Below, in pieces: positions 40,772-52,870 of a stretch of 64,000 nt of DNA. The position numbers were made by a program, and so were the translations under genes. The stretch lies in the NCBI RefSeq assembly GCF_006345805.1, contig NC_042998.1, positions 128,526,001 to 128,590,000 of the forward strand, read 5' to 3'. The notes under the pieces are model-generated. The model was not told where the DNA came from, ran no database searches, and saw only the letters and a program-made list of their open reading frames with translations. The stretch comes from Octopus sinensis (Eukaryota). Position 1 is the first letter of the stretch; every line of letters begins with the position of its first letter.

Positions 40772-42237
40772 CTGCAAAAGTTAATGTATCTAGGTGTAAA
40801 AGTCAATATAAAATAGTAAATGAATAAATTCATGCTTTAAAAACTAGTAAATTTCTCATCCTATATTAACCAAAGTTTAAGTATCTGGAATAAAAAAAAT
40901 TTTAGAATAACTAAGAAACTTTCCAGTACTCCCTATGTTGAATTCAGGTGAGTATTACCTGAGATGCCTTGTAGCATCTGTTTTGGCTCTTTGAATTTTC
41001 AGTTCGAATTTAGCTTCCTAAATGCTGGATAGGTCTTTTTCAAGATGCATAAAAAAAAAGATAGGCTTGGGAGTGCTTAAATATTTCATTTGCTCATTTT
41101 CAATGCCAATACATCAGATGACTGTAAGAGAACTGCAAGGGTACTGTAATTTAGTAAGTTGTGTGTGCTACGACAATATAACCACCACCATCATCATTTT
41201 ACATTAGTTTTCCATACTTGTATGCGTTTGATGGATTATCACAGTCCAAATCTGATTTTTAAAAATTACTGCTCTTCTTGGCATATTGAAAACTAGATAT
41301 CATTCAGGTGTCTTTGTTTTAACATGGTTCCTGCAGCTGGATAGTCTCCTAATACCAAACACTTTACAGTGTACTAAGTGCATTTTATTGTGACACCAGC
41401 ACAGGGGATGCGTCATGCCTCCTACAAGACTAAAGAGTTCTTACAACTCAGCAATGTCTCTACATGATTTGTGACCAGTTTTCAGAGAGATATATTTTAT
41501 GGTGGAAATAACACCTGTGATGATGTACTCTTGTAACTAATATACTTTGTAACTAATATACTAATTATGATAGTTCATAATATTCATCAAATATTCAAAA
41601 ATATTCATCAACAATTGATACTTAATCTCATTTCCTATTTTTCAGTAAACAGTTGCTTAAATTCTTATTTGGATGTAATACCTAAATTCTATAATCCCTG
41701 TTAAATCAAGAACCTAATGATTAGACTGCAAATATTTTTATAAAGTTCTATTGAGAAATAAGTAATTTATTTTTTCTTTTGGTTTAACAAGAGGAGCAGT
41801 ATCCATGACATATGAGATTGGTGGGTCAAAACAAAGGAAGCAATCACGATTTGTGTTGAGGCAGTGGGAAGCAGTGAAATCCAGAACTGAGTTATTTTCA
41901 GACCAGAGATTTAAGCCAAAAGCTGACATCAGAGTGAACTCGTATCTGTTGCAAACATTCTAAGAATGAGACTAAGAACAAAGTGTGCTCCAATAGACTT
42001 CAATACAGTTTTGGTAATTAACATACATTTTATACAAATGATTAAATCCTACTACTACCAGCATCTAACACTATTTTACAATCCATATAAAACAAAACAC
42101 ATTTTCATGTGTATTTGCTATTATTAACCCAAATAAACAAAATAATCTGGTTGTAAATCATAGCATGTATGAAAAGTGAATTAAGTTAAATAATCAGAGA
42201 ATATAGTGTTAAAAGTCAACTTCTGAAATGTTTTTAC

Positions 42238-42432
42238 CTGGAATTCAATAAGCTCGTCAAATAATTCTGAAGGCGACATATTGAAGTTGAAAAAGAATGA
42301 TTCATTCCAGAAGGGAGAATTGGTTGATTTCTTTACACGAGTCTGTTTTGTTTGATTGTAGACTTTAACCCTAGCCAGTGGTTGGATGTTGGATCCCATC
42401 AACTGGCGGGCTTCCAAGACTTTCACACGAAT
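42238..42432 (-). CDS. MYOF-like: Type-1 ferlin (dysferlin/myoferlin-like) exon, C2B domain: IRVKVLEARQLMGSNIQPLARVKVYNQTKQTRVKKSTNSPFWNESFFFNFNMSPSELFDELIEFQ
   Basis: Acceptor ttttttttattgcag|ATT, donor CAG|gtaaaa, 195 nt, phase 0-0. Matches recalled DYSF/MYOF C2B motifs. Confidence 0.95.
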
Positions 42433-43379
42433 CTGCAATAAAAAAAAAATTGCCACATAAAAATACATAAAGAAATCAAATTTGGTGACTTTGGTAAGTG
42501 TTCTATTTTTAAATTTCTGTTGGTTAATTCTTGAAGTGAACTGTAAGTTTGTATGCTATTAGGAGAAGAACTTATGTCATCACAGTTAAGTTAATACTAA
42601 CATATTTAATGCAGTCAACATTAAATAGCTAATTAGTAATAATTGTGCAATGTGAAAATTTGCTTCAACACATGAGGAATCTTACAAACGAGATAAGCTC
42701 TAGCCAAGCTAGCAAGATGCTGAAAGACACTGTGTTCTGCTGTCTAAATCTGACAGCTCCACTTCATTAAAACATGAAATAAATGAGTGGAAATGAATCA
42801 GTGGGTGTGTTATATTAAGGCACTATGACCCTTCTCAGACACAACAATAAATCTCCTAACTTATTTTTCTTGCATGTATGGGCAACATCTGAGGGGATGT
42901 TTCAGTCTTATTGACATATCAATAAAACATAGCCTGTACCATACTCTCTGATGAAAGAATCACTGTACTGTAGATTGATTGGTATCAGAAGACAAAATTA
43001 TGTAGAGATATCTGTACAACAAACAATAGTTAAGTTAGTATTAATGTGTTACAAGTAGAGAGCACTAGAAAACTATCAAGAAATAATCATGCAGTAATGA
43101 AAAGAATAAGTCAATGACTAATATTTTCATTTTATAGTTATTCTGTGACATTTAACTTGATTTTAGATCTTATTATTGAATTAGACACCAGCTATCTTTA
43201 GGATAGTTTGAAAACAAAAAGCCTCGAAAATTAAAATGAAGTATCATCAACAAAATTTCCTTTAATGACTGGCACTACAGTTACTTGAAACTGGTTTTGT
43301 AATTAACTATAGGTACTGATATTTGTAATGACTGAGATGATTGCTCCTGCGCCTATATATATATATATCTAATATCATA

Positions 43380-43712
43380 AATAACTATATATTTGATATT
43401 ATTATATAATTAATATAATATGTAAATATATATTTAATATTGTACATAACTATATATTTGATGTTATTATATATTTAATATTATATGTAAATATATATTT
43501 AATATTATACATAACTATATATTTGATGTTATTATATATTTAATATTATATGTAAATATATATTTAATATTATACATAACTATATATTTGATGTTATTAT
43601 ATATTTAATATTATATGTAAATATATATTTAATATTATACATAACTATGTATTTAATATCATACATAACTATATATTTAATATTATTATATATTTAACAT
43701 TATACATAACTA
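43380..43712. repeat. 65-bp AT-rich tandem repeat (about 4 copies plus sub-units)
   Basis: CATAACT recurs at 43445, 43510, 43575 and 43640. Confidence 0.85.
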
Positions 43713-44247
43713 AGGCAACAAGCTGGCAGAAACGTTAACACACCAGGTGAAATGCTTAGTAGTATTTTGTCTGTCATTACGTTCTGAGTTCAAATTCAAC
43801 CGAGGTCGACTTTGCCTTTGATTCTTTTGGGGTCGATAAATTAAGTACCAGATGCATACTGGGGTAAATTTAATTTACTGCCCCCCCCCCCCACACCAAA
43901 TTTTGAGCCTTGTGCCTAGAGTACAAAAGATTATACATAACTATATATTTAATATTATGCATAACTAATGCTCATATTTTCCCATAGTTAATTTATTATT
44001 ACTAGGTCAAAGTTGACACTACCTTTCAGCCTTCCAGGATTGATAAAATAAGTACCAGTTGAGCACAAGGGTCAATGTAACTAATGCCAAAATTTGAAAC
44101 ATTATTACACTTGGGAAAGAATATGACAGACAATTTGGTGCATGTTTCAAGCTGACCAAAATAATTTAGGATATCTAGTTAGATACTTTGTTCTCTATAG
44201 GCTAACTCATTTGACAGTTGTTTCATCAGCTATAAAATTAACCTTGA

Positions 44248-44585
44248 AAGCACATGGCTCAGTGGTTAGAGTGTTGGGCTCACAATCATGAGGTAGTGAG
44301 TTTGATTCCTGGATTGGGCTGTGTGTTGTTCTAGAGCAAGAGACTTTATTTCATGTCGCTCCAGTTCACTCATCTGTAGATAGGAGTTGCGACATCACTG
44401 AGGCCAAGCTGTATCAGCTTTTGACTCTCCCTTGGATAACATTAGTGGTGTGGATAGGGGAGGCTGGTATGCATGAGCAACTGGTGGTCTTCTATAAAGA
44501 ACCTAGCCCAGACTTGTGCCTCAGAGGATAACTTTCTATGTGCAATCTCATGGTCATTCATGACTGAAAGGGGTCTTTACCCTTT
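44248..44585 (+). mobile_element. tRNA-derived SINE with CORE-like domain; second copy at about 54012-54330
   Basis: A box TGGCTCAGTGGT, B box GAGTTTGATTCC, then GAGCAAGAGACTTT..CAGTTCACTCATCTGTAGA resembling the CORE domain. Confidence 0.7.
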
Positions 44586-46399
44586 AACCAAGTCAAAAGA
44601 AATTATTGTTGTAGACTGGTGAATGGTAAATTCTCCATAAGATTTATATAAAAATAAATCATCATATGGAAATATAGGACAAGAGAAGGTATGGAAAGTA
44701 CAAATAGGAGTGTTTTCTGAAAAAGGAACAAAGCAATTCATACACTCAATTGGAATTATTACAACTTTCATGATTTGTTTTGGCATTTTCTCATTATACA
44801 TGCTCGCCAAGTTACAAAGTATATGATAAACAAGCACCTGTGGCACTACAAAAGAACACATCCCCCACAAACATCAATACTTTACATCTGTCATCAAACA
44901 GATATAATCATGCAGTTCAACAACAAAAATAAAAAGACTAAAAAAAATAAATAATGAAATCTTACTAACAATAGCTTAAACAAACTGAAATCAACTCTTA
45001 AAAATAGACACAAATATCTAACTAGCACAACTTAAATGAAAGGGGATTGACAAAACTTTCGGAAATGGGGTAAAAGACAATTTAGTGCAAAATTGCAAAC
45101 TACAAAAGAAAACAAAAGCACACTGTTCTAACCTGGCACGAATCACATCTCTATGTAAGTTAAATGTCAAAAGTGTCTGAAGGAAACTATGCTCAAAATA
45201 CCTAAACTTACAAAGTATTCTCTAGTCAAATTAAACCCCACCTCACTCCAAACAAGTTCATTTCTCAATCCTTTGCAAACCATGGCAATTCTATAAATCA
45301 GCCGTTATAAAAATGTATTTGATCTGATCAACAGCCTTCTTTCAGTCTAAATTACCCGATTTATAAATCCCGTCTCAAATTTACACCTTAAAATTATTAG
45401 AAAGCAAGGTTTTTTTTAAAGAGTCTCAACACTCAACATACAAAATTTCACAGTACTATCTTAAAGGTGGGGGTGGCAGAGAGCACAAAGGTTAATATTG
45501 ACTGGTTAATAGAAAAAAAATAATGGAATGACCACTGCTGCAATATCTTTGATCATGGATCTGCTCAATCAAGTATGATTGGAGGTTAAACAACTAAGTT
45601 TTAAATTATAAAATTATTTCACACCCTCCACCCACCTAAATTACATTGTGCCATTCCTCCACTTGGGGTTTGTAATCTGTTTCTACTTCAATTTTTGGTT
45701 AGTGAACTAATATCCATTAAAAATTCATAGATAGAAAATTCCTGTAGGAGCACAGCAATGTGTATGTTTCAGTAAGATAACCTGCTAACCCTTATCCTCT
45801 CTCTGGTTATTGTTGACTTCCATGACCTCTTTCACCCTTCGATTTGTCTTAACTTTAATCATGCTGGATAACAGTCCACCTGCTTTATTCAATAAACTGC
45901 ATGATGTGTGGGCTAGCAGTTTAGATACTAGCTAGTCAACATGTTGGGTTACATGGTACCAGCTGCAATAGAACCTGACCTGACCAGGTAACAACCACAA
46001 TGAAAGTAAGAAAGCAACATATCCATACTTTAATATTCTCAAAATCATTGAACTATTTCAAAATATGGAAATTTATCTGGTAACATTTTGTATGTCAGTT
46101 CATCTCTGACAAAAAGAACATAAACCGAGACTAAATATATTTACTGTGGTAGAGCCATTGAAAAACATACCTCATTATATTCACTTCTACTTATAATTTT
46201 GTAATGGTTTATATTAGTAGGTATCAAAATACTTCACCATATATGTATGATTTGTTCACTGATACTCTATTTATCAAATATGATAAAAGATAGATACCAA
46301 TAAATATAAGTATTTTTAATGCTACAACTGCCACAATACAAAGAAAACTGAAGGAAAAGGTAGTTTTTTTTTTTATATTAGCCAGGTTTGAAGAAAAGG

Positions 46400-47260
46400 G
46401 CAATGTCCATGGTTTTCACAAGCCCTTTGAAACTGGTGTGATTGATGCAATTAATGTGCAGTGTGGAATTTCTAGAGGGCTGATATTTTGGGAAGGAAGA
46501 GTTACACACAACATCTGTGTGAAAAGAGGAGAGAGGAGTGAATGACGACTGCCTGAGTGGAAGCAAGGAAAAACCAGCCATCTCTGACGAACAGAGGTCG
46601 TTGCTGTATTGATAGAAAAACAAAGAATAAAGAAGATAGCCTGTCTGAAAGTGACTTTATACCAAACAATCATGTAGCCTTTCTCTAAATGCAGTCTAAG
46701 GATGTAACAGCTACTCTATCTCAGATATGGGAGAAGTACCCACAGTAGGTCTCCCCTGAGAGTTATAGAGGATCAATAATTACAGGGAGCTGAAGTATTT
46801 TCTGGCTCTGAAGAGAGTGTCCAGTCTAAGATACAAGCCTAGCTATTTTCTGAATGAACATTCACCATAAGATGTCATGGATATTGAAGCCCAGTATTTA
46901 GAGTGACAGCAAAGGCCCTAACTGCATGCTGCACATGTTTAATGGAAGGTGAGGTGTAGTTCTGATGAATAATTCTAGATTTTTTTTTTTAAATTTGCTT
47001 TTCAAAGAGACAAGTTTGATATAATGCCATTGGAGGATATTTTCAAGGTCTATCTATGAGTCAATGTAGACTTAGTATATAGTGTCTAGGTTGCCTGTTG
47101 ATGACACTTGAGTAGGGAAGGTTTGGGAAGAGTGAAGGGAGGGCATTGTTAGTCATGAGAGCATATAGAACAGTGATATATGAAGGAAAGACTATAGAGA
47201 ACAGAACTGAACCCTTAGGCACACCAGAATTGACAGAGTATGAGTCCTTACTGAAACTAG
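46400..47260 (-). mobile_element. Degenerate CR1/L2-type LINE 3' half
   Basis: VNSGVPKGSVL (RT motif), DLENILQW and a C-terminal FFYQYSNDLCSSEMA-like segment, with many disruptions. Confidence 0.65.
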
Positions 47261-49063
47261 ACTTTTAAAATATATGTATAGTTAACTTATTACAGTTCAG
47301 TTTTAAAATCCTTTCATTAACTGAGTAACTGGTCAACCAAATGAATATAAAAGAAAATTTAAACAGAAATCGTGTATTTTATCATTGTTTATAAATGATA
47401 TTTTTATTTCTAAATAATACAATTGCAAATTAGACTTATGTAAAAAAAAAAAAAAATGATTGTAGACTACAGTGTGAAATGAATTAAAATGCTTACATCA
47501 ACAACATTTATTTAATGGCAACTTATATAAATACTATATGGTCAAGCTAAATACATCTTAATATATTCAGTTTGTGAACCAATATATTTCTCGTATCTTC
47601 CTACATATAACATGACTATCTTCTACTTTTAATTCTCAGTATACTTGAGACTACCTCTGTTTCTACCAAACCAGACATCTAAACTTGAAAATTTTTTGAT
47701 CAAAATTTTCCACTTTAATTTAATGTAAGAATCCTTTTAAGTTATGTTCCAAAAACCAGGTCAATAATGAAAAAAATTATTTTCCTAAATTTCTTGATCA
47801 TTTTCAAAATAAATTTCAGCATTGTATTTCTTTTGAAATATGGTCGTGAAATGATTAAATTAAGACTATCTATGCCATAGAAAATACTTTTACAATCAAT
47901 GTTTCATATAGTCTACCTTTATATGAAGGCAAAAGAGGACGTGTTGCCAATAGGGGTTAACATTTTCTGAAAATCTCATAAAATCTGAACCAATAAGCTA
48001 TCACTACTTCTACTCCTAATATATTTAGGATATGTAGCAGAACTTAGGTAGCACATCCACAAAATCTGAGCAGTTCCCAGTCCTCTATCCAAAGTAAAGG
48101 GAGACAGAGGTAAGGAAAGAGAGTCAGGGAGAGAGGGAGGAGTAGAAAGGGATGAGATAGGGAGAGAGGGAAAAGGAGAGAAAGAGAGAGAGGTAGAAAA
48201 GGAAAGGAAGAAAGGAGAAAGAGAGGGAGGGAGGGAGAAAGAGAGACTGGGAGAGAGAGGGGAGACAGAAATAGAGAGTTGTGATGACTTTTTACTCTGA
48301 TATGGAATGGTGCTAATTGAGATTCTACCAGCCAGAATAATTAGCTTGTAAGGCTAGAGTATTTTTAGACCTCCCCCACCACTATCACCAAAAGGAAATT
48401 TTTGCAGTTTTGAGGATATGAGGTTTGGTGGTGGTGGTGATAGGGTTACAGGAAATGGCCCTTACATGAATTTGAAGTTCTTAATATGAAACAGATTGTT
48501 GATGAGGTCAACCTTGATCAAGAGAGCTTATAATTGGCATTACAACCTTGACCACCTCAACTGTTTTTCGTGTATCTAGGGCTACATTGTGCAACATGCG
48601 CTTTCCGTTTTCAAGATGCTAAGGTTGGATTTGAGGGGAATTTGGCTCTAACATGTCAAACAACCATGTAGTGGATGTCAAAAATAAATCTCTATTATAG
48701 GAAGATATATCCATCTGAAATCTGTAAAGAAAGTCAGATAAAATATAATATTCACAAAACGAAGGGTAAGAACAGAAAGTCATGTTACCAAACAGTTCAA
48801 GATGGAAGTTCAATGGCTGATATATTCCAAAGTTCCCTTCTGAATATTTCATAGTTTCAACCTTAAAAATAGTATATTCTTATTTGGTGAAGTTAGAAAA
48901 TTTAAACTTTGCTTTTCACATTCACAGAAGTGCAAGGACAATTAGCCATTGTTTTGTACACTTCCACAACTACCACACCATTGTGCAAATGGATAAGTCC
49001 ACCTAGCTATTTATAGGCACTGCAGAGTAGGGGAAAATTGCTTCACTAACCAGTGGCAATACT

Positions 49064-49319
49064 AAAAAAAAAGTAAAGTTACCTTCCCAAGTCATACTGA
49101 CTCAGAAGGGCCGGTTTCCCGGTTTCATGGCACATATATTCCCCACCTGGATGGGATGCCAGTCCGTCACAGGATTACTCATTTTTGTCAGTTGAGTGGA
49201 CTGGAGCTATGCGAAATGAAGTGTTTTGCTCAGGAAGACATGTCACCTGGTCCAGGAATCGAAACCACAATCTTATCATCATGAGTCCAGTATCCTAACC
49301 ACTAAACCACACACTTCCA
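49064..49319 (-). mobile_element. tRNA-derived SINE with target-site duplication; partial relative at about 32400-32610
   Basis: A box TGGTTTAGTGGT and B box GGTTTCGATTCC on the minus strand, flanked by CAGTGGCAATACT / CAGTGGTGATATT. Confidence 0.75.
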
Positions 49320-49877
49320 CAGTGGTGATATTGACAAATACTGTTAGCCAGTTATTGTTTAGCATCAGATCAGGCATGATTGAACAGACCTATGACCACA
49401 AGGCAATGCAGCTATGGCCATCCTGACTGCTTCACATGAACAGAGCACCAAAAACAACAAAATGTCTTTCAATGATGGTAGCGTGTAATTTAGTAGAGAG
49501 TTGGCTGCTATTTTCTTCTTATAATTTCAGGCCACATTTTTCACAGTTTTGAAATATATCTTAAAGTTTGTTTAACACCAAAACTATTAAACTCCTAACT
49601 TGAGTACTTCTGTAACAAGATCTTCAAATCAAGGTGCTATATCAGATTAGAATTGAAAATATTTATAGAACTCAGTATTATTGATTATATATAAAAATAT
49701 TTATTCTTAAAAGCAACTGAAATACAAATAGTGGGTTGAAACAGTAGGATTAAAAAAAAAACTTTAAAAATGTCTGAAAACACCAAATTAGACTGTCTAA
49801 AAGATATATCCAACTCTTTACCATCTGTTTTATTTTCCTTGCCTTAAAATGTAATTTCAGAATTCAGTATTATTTAC

Positions 49878-50045
49878 GGAGATGTACTCACATAGCAGCA
49901 CGGATTTTTGTCAGTGAACAGGTCGCGGTCTTAAAGCAACGAAAATATTTTGACAAATTAAACTTAAATGTTGAAGTGAATCGAACGGCTTTTGTGCGTT
50001 TCTTAAATGGCTTAAAAACACCTTCCACGCTGCAATTGGTTTCAG
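49878..50045. mobile_element. Second copy of the same family with an internal inversion junction
   Basis: 49898-50038 is the reverse complement of 21740-21879 with a few differences. It is preceded by the GGAGATGTACTCACATAGCA block whose reverse complement lies at 22031-22050. Confidence 0.55.
49907..49957 (+). ncRNA. Predicted minimal type-I hammerhead ribozyme variant (G3-C8 core) in a repeat
   Basis: Stem I UUUGUCA/UGACAAA; core GUGAACA plus an extra G; stem II GUCGC/GCAAC; GAA; palindromic stem III AAUAUU; H17=U. Manual fold only. Confidence 0.5.
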
Positions 50046-51974
50046 TATTATTTATTTTCTGTCTACTAGATATTAAGTATTTTATATACTTTCTCTTCAG
50101 TTTCTGAAAAATCAAGCTTATCTTCAAAGGGAGAAAAATAAAAACCCATTTCTGTAACATTTCAAAATAGTAATGGAATGACCTGATTAGTAAACAACCA
50201 AATCTTTTTCAAGAGGGGAAGAATGTTTTAAGTCACTAAATATTATGGCAATTTATATACATAATACTGGTGTGATTCATACAGCTGCAATAGTGATAAA
50301 AAAATTAAATTCAGTTCAAAATTAAATGACAAATGTATCTTGAGTATTGGTCTACTAGTTTCTTAATATTCAGCTGTCTACCCATAGCTGGGAAAATGCT
50401 GTTTACCAACAATGGAAACACAACTATAGCAGCTGTAATTGATTTTTTTTTAGCAAGATATTAAAGACTTTATAGTTGCAATGAGAAAATCAAATCAAAT
50501 GAAATAAATGTGTAAAGATTTATATTTGATATACTTCACTCTATTAAACCCAAGCTTACTAATGAAGAATAAAAGAAAACTCACTCCTGCTTAACAATAG
50601 AAACATCCAAGAAATGGACAGCTTTTGATAGTTTTTAACATATTTTTTTGAAGTAGAAATAATTACAAAGGGCAGAGAAAAAAATTTTAATAAGCATAAC
50701 TAATGAAACTGTCTTCTCATTTTTTCATGAAGTGAATGATGGTCCATAATGCACAACACATTGAAGAACGAGGTAAAATTATTATTCAACATTAGTTTAG
50801 GAACTACAGTAAGAAAATTCTGCTTTGAACCAATTTATTATAGATGTGACGGTTGCAGCTGTGAGAGATGATAGTATCGAACCAACTAAAGAGTCAATAG
50901 TTTGTATTTGATCAACAGCAATGTATAAAAACTCAATCCATTTGATATAAATAAGTGACAACAGTAAATCAGTTCACAACCATAAGTGTAAGTGCACTGT
51001 ATAAGTGACAAGCTTTCAGGGCTATAACCAAATAGTAGGAGCATGAAAAAGGCAAAAGCTGCTTTTATCACTCCTTGAAGATTAAGTGTTCATTGGTATT
51101 CCTATATCACTGCATTACAAAATCTAGCTTTTCATTTGCAAACTTTAGGAAATAAAAATAGTTTATATTGGTGCTATAAAGGGTCATTTCAGAAATCAGT
51201 TCCTTATAACAGAAATGATTTTTTTATCTTGAATCTCTTTCAGATATTGTACTGTGGCCATGTTGGGGCATTGCCTTGTAAGGTTTATTTGAATGCATTG
51301 TTCCTAGTGCTTATTTTTAAGTACTTACGATATTCATTCTAGTGGTCTCTTTCACAGGACCACAAAATTACAGGGGAGGTAAACAAACTAACACTGGTTG
51401 TCAAGCAATGTGTGTTTTTTCTTTGGGGTGGGGGCAAAAACAGACACACACACATACGATGGCTTCCATACAGTTTCCATCTACCAAATTCACTCACAAA
51501 ACACAGGTCAACCTGGAGCTATAGTCAGAGAGCGATTTGCTCAAGGTGCTGCACAACAGGATTGAACTGCAAACATTGTGAGTGTAAGCAAGCTTAATCA
51601 CACAGCCATGCCTGTGCTTAATTTGCTGACATGTTTTAAATATTTCAATATTTGTGTGCATGAGAAGAAAAGCGTTGCAAAACTGGAATTTACATAAATT
51701 ATCATAAGAGTAACAGTTGGGTATCTCCCAACAATCCTATTTAATTGGGCCATGAGCAAAGCTGATATCTCTCAGCTAGACTGAGGTGCTTGAAAAGAAT
51801 AACAATATGTCTTTATTCTTAAAATTGACGCAGGCTTGAAGAAGAATAAAAGACTCGTTGCTTGGAGCTATGAGAATAATCCATAAATTTCAGTAGGTAA
51901 AAAGAAAATGCCAACTTCATAAAAAATTTTTTTAAATATAAAATTTTAAAACCATTTCATATGTGTATTAGAGT

Positions 51975-52870
51975 CGTCATTATCTTCCAGTGTTTTAAAT
52001 CCAGGTTTTGTCCCCGTTAACAAGGGTGGTCGGATCTACCTCAATGCCATAGCCATCTTGCTTGAATTTGGGTGTTCCCCTTTCTCAAGCCAACCCTCCA
52101 CGTTTTCCTCGGTCTACCTCACTTTCGCAATCCTACCTCAAATTCAAGCACCCTCCTCAACACATGCCTATACCACCACACTACGTTCGCCCTTGCCAGC
52201 CATTTCACCAATTCCTTCAACCCCAGCATCCCCATCAAGTCCTCAGTCCTCCTCTTATCAAACAGCTTCATCCCACACATTTCTCTCACCATTGCTCTCT
52301 TGGTCCTTCTCAAAATTGCCATCTCTCTCTCACTCAGACACCATGTCTCGCTCCCATACAGCATTGCAGCTCTCACACAACTCCTATAGACCATTCCTTT
52401 CATCTTCAATGAGACCCTTTTCCCATATAACAATGCTCCACATTCCCTGAACTTCACCCAGCCAAGTCTCACTCTTGTTGTCACAGCTACTTCACATCCA
52501 CTCTATCTCCCAAATAGCAAAACTCTTTCACTCTCTCCACCTCGTCACCTAGAGTTTCCACTTGTTCTACCAGCCCTCCAAGCTCCTTTCTCACATCTTC
52601 CACAAACTCTCCTGCCAGTCTTGGGGTTGTCATCTTCATTTTTGTACATCTACCATGAATCCATTTCTCACATCTCATACACAACACTGCATTTGCTATA
52701 AACCTCCTCCCACATACATCACATGGTTTCACCTTACTCACTAAAATTTCTCCTTCAACCCCACTCACCATTACCTTTGTCTTCCCAAGGTTTACCTTCA
52801 AACCCTTGCTTTCAAACACCTCCTTCCATTTCCAGAACTTCTCCCTCAATCCCTTCATCATCTCACTCAT
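51975..52870 (-). mobile_element. 5'-truncated RTE-clade LINE
   Basis: KGLKVNLGKTKVM, FCYLGD and MLYGSETW motifs, plus an RTE-type 3' end (..CCACCCTTGTTAACGGGGACAAAACC) and a degenerate (GAT)n tail. Confidence 0.88.

Noticed and set aside
44248-44320. tRNA gene calls at A/B-box sites
   Set aside because: The boxes continue into SINE bodies and no complete cloverleaf could be folded.
52058-52450. Three overlapping plus-strand ORFs (105-130 aa)
   Set aside because: Antisense shadows of the RTE coding remnant.
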